From Anaerolineaceae bacterium (GTDB taxonomy: Bacteria; Chloroflexota; Anaerolineae; Anaerolineales; Anaerolineaceae), in the NCBI GenBank assembly GCA_041494435.1, contig JBGQAS010000001.1:1-26698 (forward strand): a DNA stretch of 26,698 nt, written 5' to 3'. The first letter of the stretch is position 1, and each line of letters opens with the position of its first letter. A model generated the notes under the pieces. It searched no databases and was not told where the DNA came from. It worked only from the letters and a program-made list of their open reading frames with translations. Below, in pieces: positions 16,580 to 25,033 of the stretch. The position numbers and the translations under genes were made by a program.

Positions 16580-18961
16580 ATGTTAAGACTACCTGGTATC
16601 AACATCAATTGGTTTTCATTGCTTCTTGGGCTTGTGGGTGCCGCGCTACTCTTTGTGATCATTGTGGGGTTAGCACGGATCTCCAGGCAATCTAAAGAGA
16701 CCCAAAAGTCAAAAAAAGCAGAAGAGTCAAAAACCAAAATCCTCAGTGTGAAGACCCGGTACTTTGAACAATTGTTGCTTTGGTGCCAGCATCAGCATAT
16801 CGCGGATGAATTATTTCCGTTATCCGACATCCTCATCGAACCCCACTTTACCTCTCCACCTCCTTCAGTAGACCCTGAGAATACTTTTATTTTTGAACGG
16901 ATGATAGATAAGATCATTCCGTTCAATCCTGTAGCAATGGAAGTAATCTCCCAATACAACATCAATAAGATCACCTTTCCCCAGGCAATTGCCAATGGAG
17001 TCGACCTGGCAATAGTGGGGAAAATGGGCTCTGGCAAGACCACCGCCTTGATTTATCTTCTCCTTAAAGTAATTACCGGTAAAATCCCCACTCCTGAGAT
17101 TATTAACCGAATCCCAATCTACGCACACGTACATGAGTTGCAGTTGTCCATTTCCGAAGGTAATTCTCCCCTTGGAAATATTATTCAAAAAATCGTGGAC
17201 AATTTCCCAGGAAAGAACCAGGAAGAAGCGAAGTATTACTTTGATTCACAGTTGGAAGAATCCAGGATTTTACTTTTGCTCGATGGAATGGACGAGCTTT
17301 CATCTACCGACTACAGCCTTGCGATTAAGAAGTTGATCCAGATCAAGCAAAAATACCCAAAAATCTTAATCATCACCGCCATCCGCCCTGAACAGACTTA
17401 CTATATTTCCCAGATGGGTTTTCAGCCCCTCTTTATTACCACTTGGGATTCCACCACCGTTGATGCTTTTCTTGAAAAATGGGAGAAAGTTTGGAATATT
17501 TCTGCATTTCTCGCTGGAAAACAGACCAAGATAGATGAAATCCCGTCGGAGATTTTGGATTCGTGGATCAGCAAGGATCGCAAGCTTCTAAGCCCCCTGG
17601 ACTGGACATTGCTCATTTGGGGTGTCAAGTCAAATGACATTCAATCATTGGATTTACCGATGTTGATCGAATCCTATATCCACCGAATGATCAAGGGTGA
17701 AAAATGGTTGAAATCTCTACGGGATGTAGCCAGTGGCATGATCCAGGAAGGTGATACCATCCTTTCAGCCGCTTACATGGATAAACTGGGAAAATCCGGT
17801 ATCTCGATCGATACTTTGATAAAAAGCAGAATCCTTATCCCCGTATCGGCGAATGAATTCCGATTCGTCCACCCGGTTATCCTAGCATATCTATCTCAAA
17901 AATCAACAACCAGCCCTGAAAACGACACGCTTTCTCCACTTGATATTTCCTTCTATCAACAGTATTTGGGAGTAGTAGTTCCACCTATCACAAAACCGAT
18001 CGAATACATCCAGGCAACAATATCTGGAATAGTAGACGCCCAATTCTCCTTCATTCAAATCCTGGATCGGTTCGCAAAACTCTCGTATATAAAACTTACT
18101 CCTCGCGAAATTGCACCCCTTATTTCCATCGTTAAATTGGAAATGATGCCGGTCGGGATACGCTTGGCGATGTTGAGTATCCTTCAATCTGCCTTTCACC
18201 CGTCCATTTCTGAATTAACCACCTTATTGCTTTCCTCGGATTCACCGACTGCACGCAGCATCACAGCCATACATCTTGGTTCCGAAGGGGATCGATCAGC
18301 GGAAAAAACGTTATTGGATCTGCTTTCAGATCCAGTCCCCGATGTCAGGGGTGCTGCTTGCTTTGCTTTGATGAAAATGGGAAGTGCTACCGGTCTTCAA
18401 GCCGTGGTGGACCAATTGCTGGAAGGGAATGAAGAACTAAAGAGATATGCGGCTGAAGCGTTGACAAACGATCCCATACAGGGATATGAGATCCTTAAAC
18501 AAACCGTCCACTCGCCGGCCATTTCCATTCGAAGGGCATCTGTGCAGGGGTTGGCTTGCATCCCGGAAGATTGGGTGATCGAACTCCTGACTCAACTATC
18601 AGTTGAGGATGACCAATGGATCATTCGCGATATGGCAGTTCAAATGCTGGAATTTCGCCAGAAATCCAACCCCTATATTCCCCGCCATATTCCGCTGGCA
18701 GCAGATGCTTCATGGTTGATTCAAATGGCAAGCGCAAAAGGTATTGGTATCAGTCGCGGAGATACTCCTTATGAAGTGCTTTTTGAAGTATTAAGTAACG
18801 GGAGTTTGGAAGAACAATTGGCAGCCATGGATTACCTTGGTGATGCCAGTCGCAAGGAGACCCTGGAACAACTGAAAAAGAAGGCTCGCGGTCCTGAAAA
18901 TATGGCACGTGAAAAAGCGGCCTATTTATTGTGGCTTAATTCTCTGAGAAACACTAGATAG
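16580..18961 (+). CDS. Membrane-anchored NACHT-like P-loop NTPase with C-terminal HEAT repeats
   Basis: N-terminal TM helix, Walker A GKMGSGKTT (from 17018), Walker B LLLLDGMDE, and HEAT-like repeats (DPVPDVRGAACFAL, EELKRYAAEAL, ISIRRASVQGL, WIIRDMAVQML). ATG is 1 nt after the upstream stop. Confidence 0.85.
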   Translation: MLRLPGININWFSLLLGLVGAALLFVIIVGLARISRQSKETQKSKKAEESKTKILSVKTRYFEQLLLWCQHQHIADELFPLSDILIEPHFTSPPPSVDPENTFIFERMIDKIIPFNPVAMEVISQYNINKITFPQAIANGVDLAIVGKMGSGKTTALIYLLLKVITGKIPTPEIINRIPIYAHVHELQLSISEGNSPLGNIIQKIVDNFPGKNQEEAKYYFDSQLEESRILLLLDGMDELSSTDYSLAIKKLIQIKQKYPKILIITAIRPEQTYYISQMGFQPLFITTWDSTTVDAFLEKWEKVWNISAFLAGKQTKIDEIPSEILDSWISKDRKLLSPLDWTLLIWGVKSNDIQSLDLPMLIESYIHRMIKGEKWLKSLRDVASGMIQEGDTILSAAYMDKLGKSGISIDTLIKSRILIPVSANEFRFVHPVILAYLSQKSTTSPENDTLSPLDISFYQQYLGVVVPPITKPIEYIQATISGIVDAQFSFIQILDRFAKLSYIKLTPREIAPLISIVKLEMMPVGIRLAMLSILQSAFHPSISELTTLLLSSDSPTARSITAIHLGSEGDRSAEKTLLDLLSDPVPDVRGAACFALMKMGSATGLQAVVDQLLEGNEELKRYAAEALTNDPIQGYEILKQTVHSPAISIRRASVQGLACIPEDWVIELLTQLSVEDDQWIIRDMAVQMLEFRQKSNPYIPRHIPLAADASWLIQMASAKGIGISRGDTPYEVLFEVLSNGSLEEQLAAMDYLGDASRKETLEQLKKKARGPENMAREKAAYLLWLNSLRNTR

Positions 18962-18969
18962 ATATTCGA

Positions 18970-19284
18970 TTATTTGACTGCGTTGTGAATGGTTTGTTCG
19001 ATTTGCTCAATGCTGATATTCGTAACTGTAACTAATTTATCCCTGGATCGTAACCCCGCAACAATCTCAATGGATGAAGATTTTACTTTCAATATCTTTG
19101 ACAAATATTCGATCAATGCATGATTGGCTTTGCCTTCCACAGCAGGCGCAGTCAGGCGGATTTTAATAGTCCCGTCATCCAATATCTCGGCTATTTCGGT
19201 TTTCTTTGCCCCAGCTTGTACCCTAACGTGCAAGGCACCGCCTGATTTGAAATCATGGAATTGAAAATGATGCGATTCAGCCAT
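18970..19284 (-). CDS. yggU: DUF167 / YggU family protein
   Basis: LHVRVQAGAKK, IKIRLTAPAVEGKANHALIEYLSKIL, IVAGLRSRDK. Confidence 0.93.
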   Translation of the reverse strand: MAESHHFQFHDFKSGGALHVRVQAGAKKTEIAEILDDGTIKIRLTAPAVEGKANHALIEYLSKILKVKSSSIEIVAGLRSRDKLVTVTNISIEQIEQTIHNAVK

Positions 19285-19290
19285 GGAATA

Positions 19291-19296
19291 ATTTTA
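19291..19296 (-). promoter_or_regulatory. -10 hexamer (TAAAAT) for a leaderless yggU transcript
   Basis: Minus strand reads GGG-TAAAAT-TATTCC-ATG, i.e. the -10 lies 6 nt before the start codon and no SD is present. Confidence 0.5.
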
Positions 19297-19306
19297 CCCT
19301 ATGCTT

Positions 19307-20056
19307 TCACTTTCGATCTAAGGTGTAGATCCGTTTACCGAAAATCCCTTCACCAATTCGGACAAGGGTTGCTCCCTCTTCTATCGCAATTTCATAATCA
19401 AAACTTGTCCCCATGGATAATTCATTCCAATGCGAAGCAGGGATCTTTTTTCGAAGGAATTCCTGGAGGAGTCTGAGTTTGACGAAATAATGCCGGGATT
19501 TCTCCTTGTCGTCACCCAAAGGCGGCATGACCATCAACCCTTCAATGGATAGATGGTCTAATGCCAAAATTCTTTGAAAATCAACCAGCAGTATCTCCCA
19601 TTCCTGTGTTTCGTTTGCCAACCAACCTGATTTTGACTCTTCATCTCCAATATTCACCTCGAGCAATACAGGGAGCTTTTTGTTAAAACTCTCTAGACGT
19701 CGATTGAGCTTCTCAGCCAAATGCACACTATCGAGTGAATGCAACATGGAGAAATACTTGCAAACCAGATCAGCTTTACGGCTTTGCAAATGCCCAATCA
19801 TGTGCCATTCAATGTGGGGATTTTCATTCTGTAATGCCAGGATCTTGGGCTCGGATTCTTCAGGATAATTTTCTCCGAATATCGTAAGCCCGCTTTCTAT
19901 GGCAGCTTTGATCTTTTCCACAGGCTGTGCTTTTGAAACCGCGACAAGCCTAATCTCGGATAGCCTTCGCCCAGACTTGGAAGCAGACTGTTCAATGCGT
20001 TGCTTAACAAGATTGACGTTCGTCTTTATTTCCCCAAGGTAATTTATCGAATCCAT
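19307..20056 (-). CDS. yggS: Pyridoxal phosphate homeostasis protein YggS/PLPBP
   Basis: LVAVSK (PLP Lys), FGENY, WHMIGHLQSRK, LSMGTSFDY, GATLVRIG. Confidence 0.96.
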   Translation of the reverse strand: MDSINYLGEIKTNVNLVKQRIEQSASKSGRRLSEIRLVAVSKAQPVEKIKAAIESGLTIFGENYPEESEPKILALQNENPHIEWHMIGHLQSRKADLVCKYFSMLHSLDSVHLAEKLNRRLESFNKKLPVLLEVNIGDEESKSGWLANETQEWEILLVDFQRILALDHLSIEGLMVMPPLGDDKEKSRHYFVKLRLLQEFLRKKIPASHWNELSMGTSFDYEIAIEEGATLVRIGEGIFGKRIYTLDRK

Positions 20057-20062
20057 AACACT

Positions 20063-20845
20063 CTACGCTAGAGAAAAAATAGCTCCGAACCTGCCAGTCT
20101 TACCCTTTTCTTTCCTATGTGAATACCATTCATCCACATCACAGGCAGTGCATTTTCTGGCAATCTCTATTTGCTTAACTCCTGCTTGCTTCAATATAGA
20201 AGCATTCAATTCCCAAAGATCTAGGAAATAGTGACCTTCTTTTTGCGTGAGAAATTCACCGCTGTTTTCCGGAAAAGTAGTATGTAATTCGGTCACGACA
20301 TCCATCCCCACTTCATAATGATCTGGACCGATGGAAGGTCCAATCGCAGCAATGATGTCAATGGGAACGCAATCAAATTCGGTCACCATCGCATTAATTG
20401 CCTTGGAAGTAATTCTCTTGATTGAACCCATCCAACCAGCATGAGCTAGCCCAATCACACGCTGTCTTGGATCATATAAAAAAATCGGTACACAATCCGC
20501 AAATCGCATCATGAGGCTGACTTTTGGATTTTGGGTGAGTAAAATGTCCACCTTTTTCTGCTCTGACTTCAAATCCCGCAGTTCCCTGGCAACAAAGTAA
20601 TCAGTTGAATGCACCTGCCAGGCATCATACATGGATTCTTCCGGGAGGGATATCGCCTTGAACAATCGCTTCCGGTTTTCAACAACATTGCTCCTCTGAT
20701 CCCCGACCGAACTTCCTACATTCAGGGATTTGTAGGGTTCCGGGCTTACTCCTCCCATTCGAGTAAAACAAGCACCCAATACTTCCCTCTTTGGAAAGGA
20801 TTCAAATATATAATACCGAACGCCATTACTGTTGTGCTGAATCAA
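20063..20845 (-). CDS. pgeF: PgeF/YfiH family protein (peptidoglycan editing factor / purine nucleoside phosphorylase-like)
   Basis: FTRMGGVS, SLNVG, QVHS, FADCVPI, AHAGWMG, IGPSIGPDHYEVG, CTAC...YSHR. TTG start overlaps the upstream stop. Confidence 0.93.
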   Translation of the reverse strand: MIQHNSNGVRYYIFESFPKREVLGACFTRMGGVSPEPYKSLNVGSSVGDQRSNVVENRKRLFKAISLPEESMYDAWQVHSTDYFVARELRDLKSEQKKVDILLTQNPKVSLMMRFADCVPIFLYDPRQRVIGLAHAGWMGSIKRITSKAINAMVTEFDCVPIDIIAAIGPSIGPDHYEVGMDVVTELHTTFPENSGEFLTQKEGHYFLDLWELNASILKQAGVKQIEIARKCTACDVDEWYSHRKEKGKTGRFGAIFSLA

Positions 20846-21852
20846 GTTTTCTTTCTTAATTGCCTAAATGCATCAAGGCGGGTCAACAATTCATTTCTCG
20901 TTCCTATGACCGACTGTTCAAGTAACGGAAGTACATACCATCCGGATAGAAATCCAAATAAAACTCCCGTCAGAGTTCGTAATAATGGTGTGCTTTCTCT
21001 TGGAGGTAGCCAGGTTAATATGTTCAATCCAATCCCCGAAAACTGAGACGTGCCATCGATGGCGATAGGTAGAACCCCAGCGACCAACCAAATCCAAAAT
21101 GAAAGGGAGGTAATTCTCTTTCGGTTTATTCCAAAAATAATGCCAAAAATGGCAAAAGAACCATACATGGCAATGTCCCGTTCACAAATGGCAACCTTGT
21201 ATCCCAGGAAAGGATCACCGATGAAGACTTTTGCTGCAAAGAAATCAATTACCGAGCTGCCAGTTATGGAATCCCAGGTTATTGGCAACGATAAACCTGC
21301 CAGGATGCGAGGATAAACTGGTTGTGCTCCGAACAGGAAGTAGGAACGAAATGCTAATTGATGGCATAAAGGACCGTAAATGGTGTAGATAACTTTGGCA
21401 GCGATAGGCTGGTTTAACTTCATCAAGATTGGTGCTACGAATGGCAAACCTACGTATAGTACTAAGAATCCGACAATGAAACTTAGGTAATGCTGAGACC
21501 ACCACAAGGAAACTCGATCCCAAAACCCGAATTTGACTTCCATGGAAGGTGGCTTTGTGTGTTTTTGTTCGCTAATTTTTGTCAATTGGTCGATCCGGTC
21601 GCGGGTAGCATTCAACATAACAACAAATTGCTGCTTGCGGAACTCCTCTTCCAGCTTGTAGGGTCCCACCTGTATATAAGGAACTGGTTTGATTTTCTTG
21701 TTTGATTCGTCTACTTGTAGAGTGATCAGTTTGAAGGGAATTTCTTTATTGACTTCGGTCAATACCCGTTCAATCTTCTGATTTGCAGCCTGGTCACTTG
21801 TTGTGAAAAAATAAACAGGGATTTGTTCGTTGTTGTTTTCAGTTTTTTCCAT
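20842..21852 (-). CDS. DUF2085 family membrane protein with an N-terminal thioredoxin/glutaredoxin-like domain
   Basis: YGPLCHQLAFRSYF, AICERDIAMY, PIAIDGTSQ, LRTLTGVLFG and several TM helices. The N-terminal ~85 aa show a Grx-like pattern. Confidence 0.82.
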   Translation of the reverse strand: MEKTENNNEQIPVYFFTTSDQAANQKIERVLTEVNKEIPFKLITLQVDESNKKIKPVPYIQVGPYKLEEEFRKQQFVVMLNATRDRIDQLTKISEQKHTKPPSMEVKFGFWDRVSLWWSQHYLSFIVGFLVLYVGLPFVAPILMKLNQPIAAKVIYTIYGPLCHQLAFRSYFLFGAQPVYPRILAGLSLPITWDSITGSSVIDFFAAKVFIGDPFLGYKVAICERDIAMYGSFAIFGIIFGINRKRITSLSFWIWLVAGVLPIAIDGTSQFSGIGLNILTWLPPRESTPLLRTLTGVLFGFLSGWYVLPLLEQSVIGTRNELLTRLDAFRQLRKKT

Positions 21853-21869
21853 GATCTGCCAATAATCTT

Positions 21870-22991
21870 CTATACAGATTCCACAACATCAATTGTCGTT
21901 CCCCCATCAGGCCAATGTAGGGTTAATTCTCCCGGATCATAGGAAATCACAGGGGTGGTCCATCGGAAGACCCATTTGGCATCTTCGGGGAGGACGTTTA
22001 CACAACCATGCGAGCGGGGAGTTCCAAAATCGTTGTGCCAGAATGTGGAATGAACAGCAGCCCCACTTTCATCAAATATCGAAACCCACCCGATCCCCAG
22101 AGTGTCGTAGCCACTTTCCATGTTGCCGCCTGCCATATGCAAAGATGCTAATTTTCTATAAATTGGATGGAGCCCTGGCGGAGTCGCCCATTTGTCCACA
22201 GCTTCGCCAGCTGCATTAAATTTGGCGCCGGTGGAACAACGGCAATAATAGACTTCACGACCGCTTTCAAAGCATTGTAAGTACTGGTAGGTCAAGTTCA
22301 CCAATACTTTTTTGTCTGTTACTTCTGGCGAGATGGGGAGGAAATCATCATTCGTGAGGATACGAAAACCTCTCGCATCTGCCCAGAAAATATCGCCATA
22401 CGATCCATACTTCTCTGTAACCCGGTACTGGAAGTTGCCATTCCCAACATCCCGTATTTGATCGATCCAGACAATTTGCGAGTAATACAACCTGGGATAT
22501 TCGACAGCTGACAACCAAGGTGATCTCGCAGGTGGGTTTTCCAAGGTGAGATCAACATACGGAACGGTGACTTCGGCCCATTGACCTTGACCCAAACTGG
22601 TGTTTGGAAGCGAGGTGACAGGAGTATTGATTATCGATCGACAAGGCTGGACATAGGGTGCATATACATATCCCTCGGGTGTTTGTACCCATCGTCGGCT
22701 GATCAAACCTCCAGGAGCATCTCCCACCACTTCCCTTTCCCATAATACTATGGCATCTTTTTCCAGTTGTTTTACTACAGAACTATTTTCATTAGGACCG
22801 CTTCGTAAATTAATCGGTCCCTCTTTACAATTCCGACCTAGGGGTGTGTCGCTCGGCCAGTTTTCGGATTGATTTAAACTTCGGGAAAACCGACGAGATG
22901 ATAATTTTGGGTTTATCAAAGCAACTCCAGCCGCAACGCTGGATAACTGCAGGAACTTTCTCCTTGAAATCTTCGATGAAACTAATTTCAT
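21870..22991 (-). CDS. Tat-exported L,D-transpeptidase (YkuD family)
   Basis: Twin-arginine signal SRRKFLQ, SH3-like segment (LRSGPNENSSVV), catalytic HSTFWHNDFG...SHGCVN. Confidence 0.92.
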   Translation of the reverse strand: MKLVSSKISRRKFLQLSSVAAGVALINPKLSSRRFSRSLNQSENWPSDTPLGRNCKEGPINLRSGPNENSSVVKQLEKDAIVLWEREVVGDAPGGLISRRWVQTPEGYVYAPYVQPCRSIINTPVTSLPNTSLGQGQWAEVTVPYVDLTLENPPARSPWLSAVEYPRLYYSQIVWIDQIRDVGNGNFQYRVTEKYGSYGDIFWADARGFRILTNDDFLPISPEVTDKKVLVNLTYQYLQCFESGREVYYCRCSTGAKFNAAGEAVDKWATPPGLHPIYRKLASLHMAGGNMESGYDTLGIGWVSIFDESGAAVHSTFWHNDFGTPRSHGCVNVLPEDAKWVFRWTTPVISYDPGELTLHWPDGGTTIDVVESV

Positions 22992-22996
22992 ATTGA

Positions 22997-24517
22997 TTAA
23001 AGCTTTCTATCCTTGATCATGGACACGATGGATTCAATTTGAGGTTGCCACAAGGAATCTTCACCGATAAAAGGAACCTCACTCCGGACCAACTCATAGG
23101 CTATTTTAGTCCCTATCCCCAGTTTCTTGGGGGTGTTCTTCATTCTCAAATCGATGGCTCGGGTCGCAATGAATATCTCGATAGCCAAAACATGCATGGC
23201 ATTTTGAATGATTTGCCGGGCATGTCTCGCAGCTGTCCAGGCATTGGCATTATGATCCTCCTGATTGCCTGACGTTGGCAAGGAATGGACAGAATCGGGT
23301 GTTGCCAGGGTTTGGTTTTCAAGTACAAGAGATGCTGCGGTATAGTGGGTCATCATCAGCCCAGAATTCAGACCGGCATGAGCATTTTCTTCCACCAGCA
23401 TGGGAGGCAGTCCGCAGTTGAGATTTCCATCCAGCAGGCGGAATGACCTTCTTTCTGATATTGCCGCTAACTCAGCAATGGCGATTCCCAGGTAATCCAT
23501 CCCCAGTCCTATTGGCTCGCCGTGGAAATTCCCGCCGGATAATACTGAATTCTCCGAGAAGATGAGGGGATTATCAGTAGCAGCATTGATTTCGCGTTCC
23601 AACGTAGTCTCAACAAATTCCGTTGTTTCACTCACAGCACCATGGACCTGGGGAGCGCAGCGCAACGAATAAGCATCCTGTACCCGGTTCCCCGTATTCA
23701 CAAATTCGCTTCCCTCTACCATTTTCAGAATGCTATCTGAGATCCGCATTTGTCCAGGATGATTGCGAGCTTGATGGATTTGTGGATCGAAAGCATCCAT
23801 GCATCCCAATAACGCTTCAAGGGAAAGGCTCAGTGCCAAATTCGCAATGTGGATCAAGTAATTGGCATCGAAAAGGGATAGGCACCCAATGGAAGTAGAG
23901 AATGTCGCCCCGTTATTGATCGCCAAGCCTTCCTTGGCATACAACTCCAAGCGTTTTATACCTGCTTTATCCATCGCCTCTTTACCGGTAAGTCGCTCAT
24001 CCTTGAAATATGCATATCCAGATTCTTCGGGAAGGTTTTTTCCGTCGGTGGAAAGAACCAGGGCAAGATGCGACAGCTGGCAAAGGTCTCCAGATGAACC
24101 AAGCGATCCCTGGGACGGAATGGATGGAGTGACATTTTGATTCAACATGGTCAGCAAAGTATGAATAATTTCGCTGCGGACACCCGAAAATCCCTTCGAT
24201 AGCGCGTTCGCCCGGATAAGCATTGCTCCCCGAACAATTTCCAGGTCCAGCTCAGGTCCTGTCCCAACAGCATGGCTCAAGATAAGGTTCCGGTTCAATT
24301 TCTGGATGTCATCATGGTCGATGCGTTTTTCAGCAAAAATTCCATATCCAGTATTTATTCCATAAACTGGTTTTCCGGTCTCGAGTATCTTCTGAAGGTT
24401 TTCATGGGAATTATTGACTCTTTGCAATGCCGCTTTTGTTATTTCAACCTTTTCATTTTCCCGAGCCACAGAAACCACATTCTGCAAGGTTAGTGAATTG
24501 CCATCTAATTTGAGCAT
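22997..24517 (-). CDS. hutH: Histidine ammonia-lyase (MIO-dependent aromatic amino acid lyase family)
   Basis: YGINTGYG, NLILSHAVG (Ser-His, HAL-type), GSLGSSGD, KEGLAINNG, QDAYSLRC, DNPLIF, GGNFHG, NQEDH (Glu, HAL-type). Confidence 0.88.
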   Translation of the reverse strand: MLKLDGNSLTLQNVVSVARENEKVEITKAALQRVNNSHENLQKILETGKPVYGINTGYGIFAEKRIDHDDIQKLNRNLILSHAVGTGPELDLEIVRGAMLIRANALSKGFSGVRSEIIHTLLTMLNQNVTPSIPSQGSLGSSGDLCQLSHLALVLSTDGKNLPEESGYAYFKDERLTGKEAMDKAGIKRLELYAKEGLAINNGATFSTSIGCLSLFDANYLIHIANLALSLSLEALLGCMDAFDPQIHQARNHPGQMRISDSILKMVEGSEFVNTGNRVQDAYSLRCAPQVHGAVSETTEFVETTLEREINAATDNPLIFSENSVLSGGNFHGEPIGLGMDYLGIAIAELAAISERRSFRLLDGNLNCGLPPMLVEENAHAGLNSGLMMTHYTAASLVLENQTLATPDSVHSLPTSGNQEDHNANAWTAARHARQIIQNAMHVLAIEIFIATRAIDLRMKNTPKKLGIGTKIAYELVRSEVPFIGEDSLWQPQIESIVSMIKDRKL

Positions 24518-24527
24518 TTGCTAAATT

Positions 24528-24989
24528 TCACCTTTCGCGTTTCTTGCTGCCAGTTTCACGCTGCATTTCACGGGTCATATCCCTTTGCGCGATTTCATGT
24601 CTTTTATCGTAGAGCTTTTTACCTTTGGCGATGGCAATATCGACTTTCGCCAGCCCCTTTTTTAGATAAATCTGGACGGGAATGATGGTCATCCCTTTCA
24701 ACTGTACCGCCTGGGAAAGTTCTCTCAATTCCCTGGGATGGAGCAGTAACCTGCGGTTCCTGCGTGGATCGTGGTTATCACGGCTCGCGGGGTCATAGGG
24801 GGCTATATGGGCATTCATCAACCACGCCTGCATATTTTCGACATGCACATAGGCTTCAGCCAGGCTGGCTTGTCCTGCCCGGATGCTTTTGATCTCGCTT
24901 CCTCTCAATGATATCCCTGCTTCAAAATGTTCAAGAAGAAAATATTCAAATGCAGCTTTTCGATTTTTCGCTACGACCTTGATATCCAC
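24528..24989 (-). CDS. smpB: SsrA-binding protein SmpB
   Basis: VAKNRKAAFEYF, EAGISLRGSEIKSIR, RRLLLH, AKGKKLYDKR. GTG start. Confidence 0.98.
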   Translation of the reverse strand: MDIKVVAKNRKAAFEYFLLEHFEAGISLRGSEIKSIRAGQASLAEAYVHVENMQAWLMNAHIAPYDPASRDNHDPRRNRRLLLHPRELRELSQAVQLKGMTIIPVQIYLKKGLAKVDIAIAKGKKLYDKRHEIAQRDMTREMQRETGSKKRER

Positions 24990-24995
24990 TTCTCA

Positions 24996-25004
24996 ATTTT
25001 AACA
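24996..25004 (-). promoter_or_regulatory. Extended -10 promoter (TGT-TAAAAT) giving a leaderless smpB transcript
   Basis: Minus strand reads TG-T-TAAAAT-TGAGAA-GTG: 6 nt from the -10 to the start codon. Confidence 0.62.
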
Positions 25005-25026
25005 TAGAGATTCGTGTTGGTATAAT
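24999..25026 (+). promoter_or_regulatory. Promoter TTAACA-N16-TATAAT with extended -10, giving a leaderless transcript of the PLP enzyme
   Basis: TGG-TATAAT at 25018-25026, 7 nt before ATG 25034, no SD. TTAACA at 24999-25004. Confidence 0.68.
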
Positions 25027-25033
25027 CTTCCCC

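Noticed and set aside
1050-23898. Numerous 60-145 aa ORFs antisense or out-of-frame within long genes (e.g. 1050-1457, 1896-2192, 7729-7977, 15117-15491, 20609-21046, 21893-22219)
   Set aside because: They are fully nested in well-supported genes, show no recognisable motifs or SDs, and are expected shadow ORFs.
22997-24517. Calling the lyase PAL/TAL or ergothionase
   Set aside because: The Ser-His pair and QEDH are HAL-type, and a Ser-Gly MIO core is retained; other activities remain only a test suggestion.
24518-25033. tmRNA (ssrA) next to smpB
   Set aside because: The flanking gaps are only 10 and 44 nt, so there is no room and no tRNA-like ends.
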